64,000 nucleotides of DNA, taken from the NCBI GenBank assembly GCA_009843735.1, contig VYCW01000102.1:59137-123136 (forward strand), written 5' to 3'. Each line of letters starts with the position of its first letter. Position 1 is the stretch's first letter. The notes beneath the pieces were generated by a model that did no database searches, was not told the origin of the DNA, and saw nothing but the letters and a program-made list of their open reading frames with translations. Shown piece after piece: positions 17,911-27,915 of this stretch. The translations under genes were made by a program, and so were the position numbers. This stretch comes from Acidimicrobiaceae bacterium (GTDB lineage Bacteria > Actinomycetota > Acidimicrobiia > Acidimicrobiales > Aldehydirespiratoraceae).

Positions 17911-18930
17911 ATGGCGACGCTGGTGACCGGGGGTGCGGGCTACATCGGCAGTCACACCACCGTCGCGCTTCACGACGCGGGCCGCGACGTCGTCGTCCTG
18001 GACGACTTCTCCAACGCCTCCAGGGCGGTGATCGACCCGATCCGCCGCCTGACCCGCCCGGACTTGCCGGTGGTGGAGGGAGACGTCGGCGATCCGGATG
18101 TGTTGGACGCGGTGTTCGGCGAGCATCGGATCGACTCGGTGGTCCACTTCGCGGCCCGCAAGAGTGTGGCCGAGTCGGTGCGTGACCCTCTGGGCTACTA
18201 CCGCAGCAACCTGGGGTCGACGATCGCACTGGCGGCCGCGGCGATCGATCGGGGCGTTCGGCGGCTGGTCTTCAGCTCATCGGCCACCGTGTACGGGTCG
18301 ACGTCGGCCCTGCCGGTCACCGAGGATTCACCGACCGTCCCGGAGAGCCCCTACGGCGAGACCAAGCTGATGGGCGAGCGCATCCTGTCCGGTGCCGCGG
18401 CCGCGTCGGGGCCGACCGCGGTCATGCTGCGCTACTTCAACCCGGTCGGCGCGCACCCGTCGGGGCTGATAGGGGAGGATCCTTCCGGGGAGCCGGCCAA
18501 CCTCGTGCCCCGGATCATGCAGGTCGCCACCGGCCGGCTCGAGCGGCTGGATGTGTACGGCGCCGACTACTCCACGGCCGACGGCACCGCGGTGCGGGAC
18601 TACGTGCACGTCATGGACCTGGCCGAGGGCCATCTGGCCGCCCTCGATGTCGACATAGCCCCGGCGAGCAGCCGGGTCTACAACCTGGGCACCGGCTCGG
18701 GCACCACCGTGCTTCAGGTGCTGGCCGTGGCCGGCGAGGCGGTCGGCAGGCCCATCCCGTACGAGATGGCCGGGCGCCGGCCCGGAGACGTGGAGGCCTC
18801 CTGGGCTGACTGCACCCGGGCCCGCGAAGAGCTCGGCTGGCAGGCCCGCCGCAGCCTGCCGGAGATGCTGGCCGACCACTGGAACTTCACCCACCACCAC
18901 CCGGCCGGCGACGGGAGCCAAAGCGGCTAG
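17911..18930 (+). CDS. galE: UDP-glucose 4-epimerase
   Basis: ATG at 17911. TLVTGGAGYIGSHT, YGETK and RYFNPVGAH motifs. Confidence 0.9.
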   Translation: MATLVTGGAGYIGSHTTVALHDAGRDVVVLDDFSNASRAVIDPIRRLTRPDLPVVEGDVGDPDVLDAVFGEHRIDSVVHFAARKSVAESVRDPLGYYRSNLGSTIALAAAAIDRGVRRLVFSSSATVYGSTSALPVTEDSPTVPESPYGETKLMGERILSGAAAASGPTAVMLRYFNPVGAHPSGLIGEDPSGEPANLVPRIMQVATGRLERLDVYGADYSTADGTAVRDYVHVMDLAEGHLAALDVDIAPASSRVYNLGTGSGTTVLQVLAVAGEAVGRPIPYEMAGRRPGDVEASWADCTRAREELGWQARRSLPEMLADHWNFTHHHPAGDGSQSG

Positions 18931-19631
18931 CGGAAGAGGTCGTCGGCGGGGGGGCGGACTATCTCGTCGGCTACTGAGCCGGTGCGGAACCAGGACTCGT
19001 CCAGGCCCCGCACCACCGCCACGGGCACCCCCTTGGCCTTGCCCATGACCAGGTCGGCGGCCGCCGCGATCTCGTCGGCCACCGCCACCTCGGTCACCTT
19101 GAGCTCCCGGCCAAGCGCGTCGGAGGTTCCTCGCAGGTCCACCACCGCGGCGATGCCGGCGCAGCCGATGGCGGTGTCGGTCACGCCCCGGCGCCAGGGC
19201 CGGCCGAAGGTGTCGGAGACGACCACCGCGACGTCGACGCCGGCCAGGGCCCGGATTCGGTCGCGGATGCGGCGGGCCGAGCGGTCGGAGTCCACCGGCA
19301 ACAACGCGGCCCAGCCCTCCTCGACGTTGCTCAGGTCGACCCCGGCGTTGGCGCACACGAAGCCCTGGGCGGTCTCCGAGATGATCAGATCGCCCCGGCG
19401 GCGCAGCACCCGGATCGACTCGGCCTCCACCAGTGGCTTGTGGCTGGTCGGGTCTTCCGGGTCGACGGGCGCCAGCCGCCCCTCGGCCTTGGACACGACC
19501 TTCTGGGTGACGACCACACAGTCCCGGTCCCGCAGCCCGTCGGGTCCGGCCGCGGCGACGATGAGCGCGGCCAAGTCGTCGCCGGGGCGCACCTCGGCGA
19601 TGCCGTCGATGCCGAGGATCTCCAGGCTCAC
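18927..19631 (-). CDS. cofE: Coenzyme F420:L-glutamate ligase, stand-alone CofE-type
   Basis: GTG at 19631. VVTQKVVSKAEGR, GFVCANAGVDLSN and DTFGRPWRRG motifs. 234 codons plus stop. Its TAG (18929..18927) overlaps the convergent galE TAG within a shared CTAG. Confidence 0.85.
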   Translation of the reverse strand: MSLEILGIDGIAEVRPGDDLAALIVAAAGPDGLRDRDCVVVTQKVVSKAEGRLAPVDPEDPTSHKPLVEAESIRVLRRRGDLIISETAQGFVCANAGVDLSNVEEGWAALLPVDSDRSARRIRDRIRALAGVDVAVVVSDTFGRPWRRGVTDTAIGCAGIAAVVDLRGTSDALGRELKVTEVAVADEIAAAADLVMGKAKGVPVAVVRGLDESWFRTGSVADEIVRPPADDLFR

Positions 19632-19665
19632 GGCGACACCGCCTCGCTGGGTGGGGCCCCCCAAG

Positions 19666-20595
19666 TCACGGCGACACTGCGGCCATGGTGTGGCGGGCCA
19701 GCTCGGCTGCGGCCTCAGGCGACGACATGATCGTGGGGGCCACCACGGGCCGCACCCCGGCATCGGCCACGGCCGGGGCCAGCTCGGCGTCGGCCTCGTC
19801 GATCACCAGCGCGCCGACCACGTCCCGGTAGCGGCGGGCCACCCCCACCACGCTCGCCTCCTCGCCCAGTTCCCGCAGCATCCGGTCGGCGGGTCCTTTG
19901 AGGGCCGCGCCCGCCACTATGGGCGACACCGCCACGTTGCGCTCCCTTCGGGCGACGAGCGCCTCCGTCACGCCCCGCACGGCCAGGACCGGGCCTATCG
20001 ACACGACCGGGTTGGACGGTGCGATCACCACGACCTCGGCGGCGTCAATGGCCTCGAGCACGCCCGGTGCCGGGTGGGCATCACCAGCGCCCGCGAACCG
20101 CACCCCGGAGATGGCGACATCGTGGGCGAGCCGGACGAAGTACTCCTGGAATCCGATCTCGGTGCCCTTCGCCAGCGTCACCCGGGTCTCTATCGGCTGA
20201 TCGCTCACCGGCAGGATCCTGCAGCCCAGGCCGCGGGCCGCGGCCAGGCGAGCCGTCGCCTCGCTCAGGGTGTGCCCCTGGCGCAGCAGGGTCGTGCGGA
20301 ACAGGTGGGTTCCTATGTCGCGGTCGCCCAGATTGAACCAGGCGTCGATTCCGAGCGCTCTGAGCTCGTTGAGAGCGTTCCATGTCTCGTCGGCCAGGCC
20401 CCAGCCCCGTTCGGGGTCGATAGCTCCCGACAGCGTGTAGACGACGGTGTCGATGTCGGGGCTGACGTGCAGGCCGTGCAGCTCGATGTCATCGGCCACG
20501 TTCACCACCGCGGTGACGTCGGAGGGGGAGGTCACCAGCAGCTGCCCAGCCAGGTAGCGGGCCGCGCCCACCCCTCCGGCCAGGACCGTTATCAC
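19666..20595 (-). CDS. cofD: 2-phospho-L-lactate (or EPPG) transferase of F420 biosynthesis
   Basis: MITVLAGGVGAARYL N-terminus and the overall CofD/FbiA pattern. It lies directly upstream of cofE. Confidence 0.9.
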   Translation of the reverse strand: MITVLAGGVGAARYLAGQLLVTSPSDVTAVVNVADDIELHGLHVSPDIDTVVYTLSGAIDPERGWGLADETWNALNELRALGIDAWFNLGDRDIGTHLFRTTLLRQGHTLSEATARLAAARGLGCRILPVSDQPIETRVTLAKGTEIGFQEYFVRLAHDVAISGVRFAGAGDAHPAPGVLEAIDAAEVVVIAPSNPVVSIGPVLAVRGVTEALVARRERNVAVSPIVAGAALKGPADRMLRELGEEASVVGVARRYRDVVGALVIDEADAELAPAVADAGVRPVVAPTIMSSPEAAAELARHTMAAVSP

Positions 20596-20614
20596 CGCCG
20601 CGTCCCGCTCAGTC

Positions 20615-21598
<984 letters not shown>

Positions 21599-22519
21599 CT
21601 ACTGGCTATCGCCCAGCGGCGGCAGTTCCGACCCTGCCGTCACGCGCCGCCAGTACTCGAGCAGATCGCCGAGCGTCTGCTCCAGCCTCACCTCGGGGCT
21701 CCAGCCGGTGGCGGCCCGGAGCTTCGATGGGTCGCCTCTGGCCTCGGCCACGTCGACGGGTCGGAGGAGTTCGTCGTCGGCGACCAGGCGCATGGGACGG
21801 GTGGCCCGCGCCACGAGAGCCTCGGCCAGCTCACCGACGCTGAGCGAGACTCCGCTGCACACGTTGTAGGCCTCCCCGCAGGCCCCGTGCTCGGCCAGCA
21901 GCCGGTAGGCCCGCACGACGTCGCGCACGTCCGTGAAGTCGCGGCGGGCCTCTAGGTTCCCCACCGGCACGATTCCGGTGCCAGTGTGTTCGTTGCGCGC
22001 GATTCGGGCCGCCAGCGCGGACGCCACGAAGCGGTTGCTCTGGCCCGGTCCGAGGTGGTTGAAGGCCCGGGCCCGGACCACGTCGAGGCCGCGCCCCGCT
22101 CCGGCCTGCACGCAGACCATCTCGGCGGCCGCCTTGCTCGCCCCGTAGGGAGTGACCGGGAGCATCGGGGCGGCCTCGCCGACGGGGAGCTCGGCCGGCT
22201 CGAGGCGGCCGTAGACGTCGGCGCTGCTCACCACCACCACACGGCCCGCGCCGGCCCGGCGGGCCGCGTCCAGGACGTTGAAGGTGCCCTCCACGTTCAC
22301 CCGCAGCGTGGCCGCGGCCGCGGTGAAGCTCGCCTTGACGTCGGCCTGCGCGGCCAGGTGGTACACCGCGTCCGGCCGGCAACCGCTGAAGTCGGCCGCC
22401 AGCGCCTCGGGGTCGGTGATCTCGGCCTCGCTGGACGTCACCTCGTCGCCGCAAGCCGCGAGGTGCGCAACCAGATGGCAGCCCACGAAGCCGCTGGCGC
22501 CGGTGACGAGAGCCCGCAC
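21599..22519 (-). CDS. rmd: GDP-4-keto-6-deoxy-D-mannose reductase-like extended SDR (Rmd-like)
   Basis: GTG start. RALVTGASGFVGCHL N-terminus, YGASKAAAE catalytic motif, 306 aa. It ends 3 nt upstream of gmd. Rmd cannot be separated from another GDP-sugar 4-reductase or epimerase by eye. Confidence 0.65.
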   Translation of the reverse strand: MRALVTGASGFVGCHLVAHLAACGDEVTSSEAEITDPEALAADFSGCRPDAVYHLAAQADVKASFTAAAATLRVNVEGTFNVLDAARRAGAGRVVVVSSADVYGRLEPAELPVGEAAPMLPVTPYGASKAAAEMVCVQAGAGRGLDVVRARAFNHLGPGQSNRFVASALAARIARNEHTGTGIVPVGNLEARRDFTDVRDVVRAYRLLAEHGACGEAYNVCSGVSLSVGELAEALVARATRPMRLVADDELLRPVDVAEARGDPSKLRAATGWSPEVRLEQTLGDLLEYWRRVTAGSELPPLGDSQ

Positions 22520-22590
22520 GAGCGCCTACCGCACGGAGCCTGGACAGCGCATGAACGCGCAGACTATGTGGCGCCTGCCACACTTGTCGC

Positions 22591-23256
22591 ATGGCGGCAT
22601 CATCGGGCCGCGGCGGGCGGCTGGCATCCCTGGTGGATCCCGGCTCCACCGCGGTGCTTACCATGGAGTTGCAGCGGGGCGTGGTCGGACCCGGATCGAT
22701 GATGCCGGTGCTCGCCGAGCAGGTCGCGGCCTCCGGCGCCGTCGATGCCGCGGCCTCGGTGTGCGAGGCGGCCCGGACCGCGGGCGCCCGGGTGGTCCAC
22801 TGCACGATGGAGACCCGGCCCGACGGCGCCGGAGGCTCGGTCAACTGCCGGATCCTGGGCCTCGCCGACCGGCTGCGCCGCGAGGGGACCGCGCCCACCG
22901 AGGCCGGCACCGAAGGCTCCCGGCTGGTGCCCGAACTGGGGGAGGATCCCCGTGACCTGGTCGTGGCCCGCTGGCACGGGCTCACACCGTTCACGTCTAC
23001 CCCGCTCGACCAGACCCTGCGGAATCTCGGCGTCACCACCGTCGTGGCCACGGGCGTGTCGGTGAACGTGGGCATCGTGGGCCTGTGCCTCAGCGCCGTC
23101 GATCTCGGCTACCAGGTCGTGCTCGTGCGCGACGCGGTGGCCGGGGTCCCCGCCGACTACGCGGCGTCGGTGATCGACAACACCCTGGCCATGGTGGCCA
23201 CCGTCGTCACCGCCACCGAACTGATCGGGGCCTGGGCTGATCGGGGTCCGGGCTGA
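22591..23256 (+). CDS. Isochorismatase-fold (cysteine-hydrolase superfamily) protein, atypical active site
   Basis: Fold-typical spacing: TAVLTMELQ ... VVARWHGLTPFTSTPLDQTLRNLGVTTVVATGVSVNVGIVGL...DLGYQVVLVRDA. Confidence 0.75.
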   Translation: MAASSGRGGRLASLVDPGSTAVLTMELQRGVVGPGSMMPVLAEQVAASGAVDAAASVCEAARTAGARVVHCTMETRPDGAGGSVNCRILGLADRLRREGTAPTEAGTEGSRLVPELGEDPRDLVVARWHGLTPFTSTPLDQTLRNLGVTTVVATGVSVNVGIVGLCLSAVDLGYQVVLVRDAVAGVPADYAASVIDNTLAMVATVVTATELIGAWADRGPG

Positions 23257-23315
23257 CCCAGGCCGGAGCCGACGCGGGCCTGCACCTTGCCAACCGGGGC
23301 GCCCATTAGCCTCGG

Positions 23316-26300
23316 TTGATCGCATCTCCCGCCGACAGCTCGGCGCCCGCTCCGGGCGCGTCCGGCACCGCTCAGCAGCATCCGACGGTGCTGGCCGTGG
23401 TGGTCGCCCACCGGCCGGGCGAGTGGTTCGAAGAGACCCTGGAGTCGCTGGCCCTCCAGGACTACCAGTCCCTGAGCGTCGCGGTTGTGGACGCGGCCGG
23501 ATCGGGGCTCGATCCCCGGGTGGCCGCGGTCGCCGAAGGCGCCGAGGTGATAGACGCAGCCGGCGTCTCCGGCTTCTCGGAGGCAGCCAACGCGGTGCTC
23601 TCGGCCGAGCTCTCGGCCGACTTCCTGCTGGTCTGCCACGACGACGTGGCCCTCACCTCGGATGCGGTGAGCGTCCTCGTGGCCGAGGCGCTGCGAAGCA
23701 GCGCAGGGGTGGTCGGGCCCAAGATCGTGGAATGGGACAGTCCCGAGATCATCCGCCACGCCGGCTACGACGTCGACCGCTTCGGTGTTGCCGCCGACCG
23801 GGCCGGCGCCCACGAGCTCGACCAGGAGCAGCACGACGGTGTGCGCGACTCCTTCGCCCTCCCGTCGGCGGCGATGCTCATCCGCACCGAGCTGTTCGTC
23901 CGGCTCGGAGGCTTCGACGCGGGCATGACCTTCCGGGGCGAGGACGTCGACTTCTGCTGGCGGGCCCAGATGGCCGGGGCCCGGGTGATGTTCGTCGGGG
24001 GGGCAGTGGCCCGCCACCGCGGCGGGCTCGCGTCGCGCACCGGCGTCGACGACGTGAGGCTGACCCAGACCCGTCACGCATTGAGGGCCATGCTGGTCAA
24101 CCACGGCCGCATCTCGCTCACCCTGTTCGTGCCGCTGGCCGCGCTGATGGCCGTCGCCGAGGTTGTGCTGGGGGTGTTCACGGCCCGTTTCGGCCGGGTC
24201 CGCGACGTGGTGTCGGCCTGGGTGTGGAACATCTCCCGGCTCGACGTCGTGCTCGAACGCCGGCGGGCCAACACCCAGGTCCGCAGGGTCCGCCAGGCCG
24301 ACGTAACCGCCCTGCAATACCTCGGCAGCGTTCGGCTGGTCTCCTTCTTGAGACGGCAGTTCGGCGGCGAATCGCAGGGCCTGCTCAGCGTCGCAGGCCG
24401 TGGCGTGCTGGGAGGACTGAGAACTGGCACGACCCGCCTCACCTTCCTGACCTGGACCGTGGTGGTCGCGGTGGTGCTGTTCGGGTCGCGTCGGCTCCTG
24501 TCCGACGGCGTGCCCGCGGTAGGTGACTTCGCCCAGCTCCCGGAGACGGCCAACGACCTCATCAGGACGTGGTGGAACGGGTGGAGCGACCGCAATGCGG
24601 GCGCGCCGACCTCCAACCTGGGCGTCCTCTTCTTCCTCAGTGTGGGCGGCTGGCTGCTGGCCGGCAGTGTGGGTCTGCTCCGCACGCTGTCGGTGCTTCT
24701 GCCCATCGGTATGGGCCTGCTGGGGGCCTACCAGCTCCTGGCCGCGACCGGCTCCCGCCGGGCCCAGGCAGCCACGCTGGTCGCCTACCTGCTCGTCCCG
24801 CTGGCATCCTCCTCGGTCGCCAGCGGGTCCATTCCCGGCCTAGTCGGCTACGCCGCCGCGCCGTGGATGCTCCGTGCTCTGCTGCGGGCGTCGCGCGCCG
24901 CACCGTTCCGGTCCAGCCCCGGGCGTCTCCACGGTCTGGTGCCGGCCGCGGTCTCGCTGGGCGCAGTCGCGGGTCTCGCCGCGCTGGTCGTCCCGGCTGC
25001 AGTGGGTCTGGTGGCGCTGCTCGCCGCGGGCCTGGTGCTCGGGAGCCTGCTCGCGGCCCGGCCCGGCGCTGTCGGGGGGCTGCTGACCGCCACCGTGCTC
25101 GCGGTGCCGGTCATCGCCTTCGTGGCCGTGCCGACCGTCGTGGACGTGCTGGCGACCGGCCCGACGTGGGCGCCGATCGCCGATGGCCGCGACGGTTCAG
25201 CGGGCACGGTCTCCTTCGCCGAGATACTGAGATTCGCGGTCGGACCCGACGACGGTGGCGTCCTGACGTGGCTGTTCGCAGTGCCGATGATCGTGCCGCT
25301 GCTGCTGGGACGCGGATGGCGCCTCGAGCAGGCCATTCGCCTCTGGGTGGTGGGTCTGACGGCGTGGGCGCTGGCCCTGGTTGCACAGCGGGGGATGCTG
25401 CCCTTCGGGCTTCCCGACCTGCAACTGCTGCTGGCCCCGGCCGCGGTGGCGGTGGCCGCCCTGTGCGGCATGGCCGTGCTGTCCATCGAGCACGACCTGC
25501 GATTCAGCCACTTCGGCTGGCGCCAGGCCCTGGTCCCGGTCATGGTGGTGGCGTCGCTGGTGCTGGCCTTCGGCAGGGTCACTGTGCTCGAGTCCGGCGG
25601 TTGGGGCCTGGTGGAGCGCGACCACCACGCAGCCCTTCGCTTCGAGCCTCCGGCCCTGGTCGGGGCCTACCGGGTGCTGTGGATCGGCGCGCCCGAATTC
25701 CTCGCGGTCGAGGGTCACAGCCTCGAGCCCGGGGTTGCCTGGGCGGTAACGGCCGGGGACTCGGTCACGATCGCCGATCGTGCCCTGCCCGTCGACACCG
25801 GCCGCGCCGATCTCATCGAGACCGCGATTGGTGACATCGACGCGGGCCGGACCACCCGGGCCGGGAGGGTTCTGGCCGGTATGGGCGTGCGGTATGTGGT
25901 GCTGCTGCACAGGCTCGCGCCCGCGCCGTTCGTCGGCGAGGATCAAGCCAAGCCGGTGCCGGCCGGACTCGCAGCCGCGATCCGCAACCAGCTCGACCTG
26001 GAGCTGGTCGAGGGAACCAACAGCGCGGTGGACATGTTCGTCAACACGTCCTGGACGCCGATGCGGGCGGTGCACGCGCCGGGATTCGACGAGGGCGTGC
26101 ACGAGATCGCAGACCTGGAAGCCCATCCGATCACCCCGGGAGTTCCGGTGTTCTCCGGAACAGGCCCGCCGTGGCACGCCGAGATCCCCGACGGCGCCGA
26201 GGTCCTGGTGGGGCACACGCCCCGACCCGGCTGGGAGCTGAGAGTCGACGGTGAGGCGGCCGCCCGGCGCGAGGCCGTCGCTTGGGCGAGGGCCTACCTT

Positions 26301-26432
26301 CCCGCCGACGGAGGTGAGGCCGAGCTGTCCTACTCGTCGCCCTGGTGGCGCCGTGCCAGTCAGCTTCTGGGCTCGGCTGCGCCCGTCGTACTGCTGCTGG
26401 CCTGGCTGCGACGCCGAATGGACCGCGACTGA
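23316..26432 (+). CDS. Large fusion protein: N-terminal family 2 glycosyltransferase domain, long polytopic membrane region and C-terminal extracytoplasmic domain
   Basis: TTG start at 23316 (uncertain). GT2 motifs VAVVDAAGS, LLVCHDDVAL and FRGEDVDFCWRAQMAG...ARHRGG. Several hundred very hydrophobic residues follow. The C-terminal soluble region contains GMGVRYVVL and ends in a final TM segment. Confidence 0.85.
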   Translation: MIASPADSSAPAPGASGTAQQHPTVLAVVVAHRPGEWFEETLESLALQDYQSLSVAVVDAAGSGLDPRVAAVAEGAEVIDAAGVSGFSEAANAVLSAELSADFLLVCHDDVALTSDAVSVLVAEALRSSAGVVGPKIVEWDSPEIIRHAGYDVDRFGVAADRAGAHELDQEQHDGVRDSFALPSAAMLIRTELFVRLGGFDAGMTFRGEDVDFCWRAQMAGARVMFVGGAVARHRGGLASRTGVDDVRLTQTRHALRAMLVNHGRISLTLFVPLAALMAVAEVVLGVFTARFGRVRDVVSAWVWNISRLDVVLERRRANTQVRRVRQADVTALQYLGSVRLVSFLRRQFGGESQGLLSVAGRGVLGGLRTGTTRLTFLTWTVVVAVVLFGSRRLLSDGVPAVGDFAQLPETANDLIRTWWNGWSDRNAGAPTSNLGVLFFLSVGGWLLAGSVGLLRTLSVLLPIGMGLLGAYQLLAATGSRRAQAATLVAYLLVPLASSSVASGSIPGLVGYAAAPWMLRALLRASRAAPFRSSPGRLHGLVPAAVSLGAVAGLAALVVPAAVGLVALLAAGLVLGSLLAARPGAVGGLLTATVLAVPVIAFVAVPTVVDVLATGPTWAPIADGRDGSAGTVSFAEILRFAVGPDDGGVLTWLFAVPMIVPLLLGRGWRLEQAIRLWVVGLTAWALALVAQRGMLPFGLPDLQLLLAPAAVAVAALCGMAVLSIEHDLRFSHFGWRQALVPVMVVASLVLAFGRVTVLESGGWGLVERDHHAALRFEPPALVGAYRVLWIGAPEFLAVEGHSLEPGVAWAVTAGDSVTIADRALPVDTGRADLIETAIGDIDAGRTTRAGRVLAGMGVRYVVLLHRLAPAPFVGEDQAKPVPAGLAAAIRNQLDLELVEGTNSAVDMFVNTSWTPMRAVHAPGFDEGVHEIADLEAHPITPGVPVFSGTGPPWHAEIPDGAEVLVGHTPRPGWELRVDGEAAARREAVAWARAYLPADGGEAELSYSSPWWRRASQLLGSAAPVVLLLAWLRRRMDRD

Positions 26433-27904
26433 TGCGCTCGGTGAGGGTGCTCGCCATGGTGGCCATCGCCGGACTGCTGGCCGCCGGCGTCCTCATCGAC
26501 CTGCCCGACCGGCCGGCGGCGGACCGCCCCGTCCGGTACCTCTCGACCCTGGCTGCCCCGGCCGGTGCCGTTAGCACTTGGTTCTGCCCCGGCGGCAGCG
26601 GCCCCGACGGCGAGGCCGAGCTGACCATCGCTCTGGCGAGCGGCTCGGATCAGCGGCGGGCCGCGGCCGTGTCGGTCCTGCCCGGCGGGTCCGATCCCTC
26701 CGAGGCCCGGACCGTCGACGTCGAGATCGAGCCCCGCGGCCGGGTGCTGGTGAAGCCGTCGGAGGAGGTTCCCGGCGCCCGGTGGGTCGGCGCAGTGGTC
26801 GAGGTGGACGGCACCGACGTCGTGGTCGAGCAGATACTCGCCGCCAAGCAGGGGGACGTCGGCCGCTCGGCCTGTCTCACCAGGACGGCCAGCAGCTGGT
26901 TGGTGCCCCACGGAGCGACCCGCTCGGCGGTGGAGGGCGAGCGCTTCATCATCATGCTCCTCAACCCGTTCCCGGACATCGCGGTGGCCGACATCGAGCT
27001 GGTGGCCGATGTGGGCCGTGACACGATCGACGGTCTGGTGGTGCCGGCCCAGCGGGTGGTCGCCGTCGACATCACCGACGAGATCACCGTCGCGACCTCG
27101 GTGGCGGCCTTCGTCGAGGTCGTGTCGGGCCGCGTGGCCGCCTCGTGGATCCAGCTCGCTGATGGGCTGATCGCCGGCCGCGGCGCCCGGGCGTCCACGG
27201 CGGTTGCCGGTGCCGCCCCGCTGTGGCACCTGCCGGTGGCAGGGGTGGGGCCGGCCCGCCGGGACGTAGTGGCCATCGCCAACCCGTCGGCGGAGGCCGC
27301 CGAGGTGGACCTGGAGATCTTGGCCGAGGCGCCCGGAACCGACGTCAGCCCGATCGAGATCACCGTCAGACCCGGACGGACCGCCCTGGTCGACCTCTCC
27401 CAGCAGGGCCGGCTCGAGGGCATCGGGCCCTTCAGCGTGAGGGTGCGCTCTCTTGACGACGCCATGGTGGCGGCGTCGATACACAGCGTCACGTTCGCAG
27501 CTGACAACGGCAGCGAGGCGGCCGCAGCCGTCGCGGGCTCCACCGCGACCATCGGGTCGGACGCCGCGGCCCGCCGCTGGCTGGTGGCCGCCGAAGCGGC
27601 CGACTCCGAGCCCGCCGCCACAGACGGCGGCGAGTCATCGATCCTGGTGGTGGTGAACCCGTCGTCGGTGGGGATCGCACAGGTCGCCCTGAGCGTGGAC
27701 GGGGCGATGGTGCGCCGCCTCGAGGTCGGACCCCGCCGCCGTGCCAGTGTCGCGCTGGACCGCCTTGGCTCGGGCCGTTTCGTAGTGGAGGTGGAGTCCT
27801 CGGCGCCAGTCATCGCCGCCACCGAACTAATAGGGCTGACCTCCCGCACGGCCTCGCTTGGCGCGGCGGTCTCCGAACCGGTTCCTGCTATCGATATCCG
27901 CTGA
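26432..27904 (+). CDS. Secreted/membrane-anchored four-repeat protein (DUF5719-like by recollection)
   Basis: The ATG at 26432 shares one base with the upstream TGA (26430-26432). It has an N-terminal signal/anchor (VLAMVAIAGLLAAGVLI), a WFCPGG motif, and four modules of about 70 aa. Three of these begin hydrophobic-x-NP (IIMLLNPFPD, VVAIANPSAE, ILVVVNPSSV). Confidence 0.8.
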   Translation: MRSVRVLAMVAIAGLLAAGVLIDLPDRPAADRPVRYLSTLAAPAGAVSTWFCPGGSGPDGEAELTIALASGSDQRRAAAVSVLPGGSDPSEARTVDVEIEPRGRVLVKPSEEVPGARWVGAVVEVDGTDVVVEQILAAKQGDVGRSACLTRTASSWLVPHGATRSAVEGERFIIMLLNPFPDIAVADIELVADVGRDTIDGLVVPAQRVVAVDITDEITVATSVAAFVEVVSGRVAASWIQLADGLIAGRGARASTAVAGAAPLWHLPVAGVGPARRDVVAIANPSAEAAEVDLEILAEAPGTDVSPIEITVRPGRTALVDLSQQGRLEGIGPFSVRVRSLDDAMVAASIHSVTFAADNGSEAAAAVAGSTATIGSDAAARRWLVAAEAADSEPAATDGGESSILVVVNPSSVGIAQVALSVDGAMVRRLEVGPRRRASVALDRLGSGRFVVEVESSAPVIAATELIGLTSRTASLGAAVSEPVPAIDIR

Positions 27905-27915
27905 CTCGCCGACGC

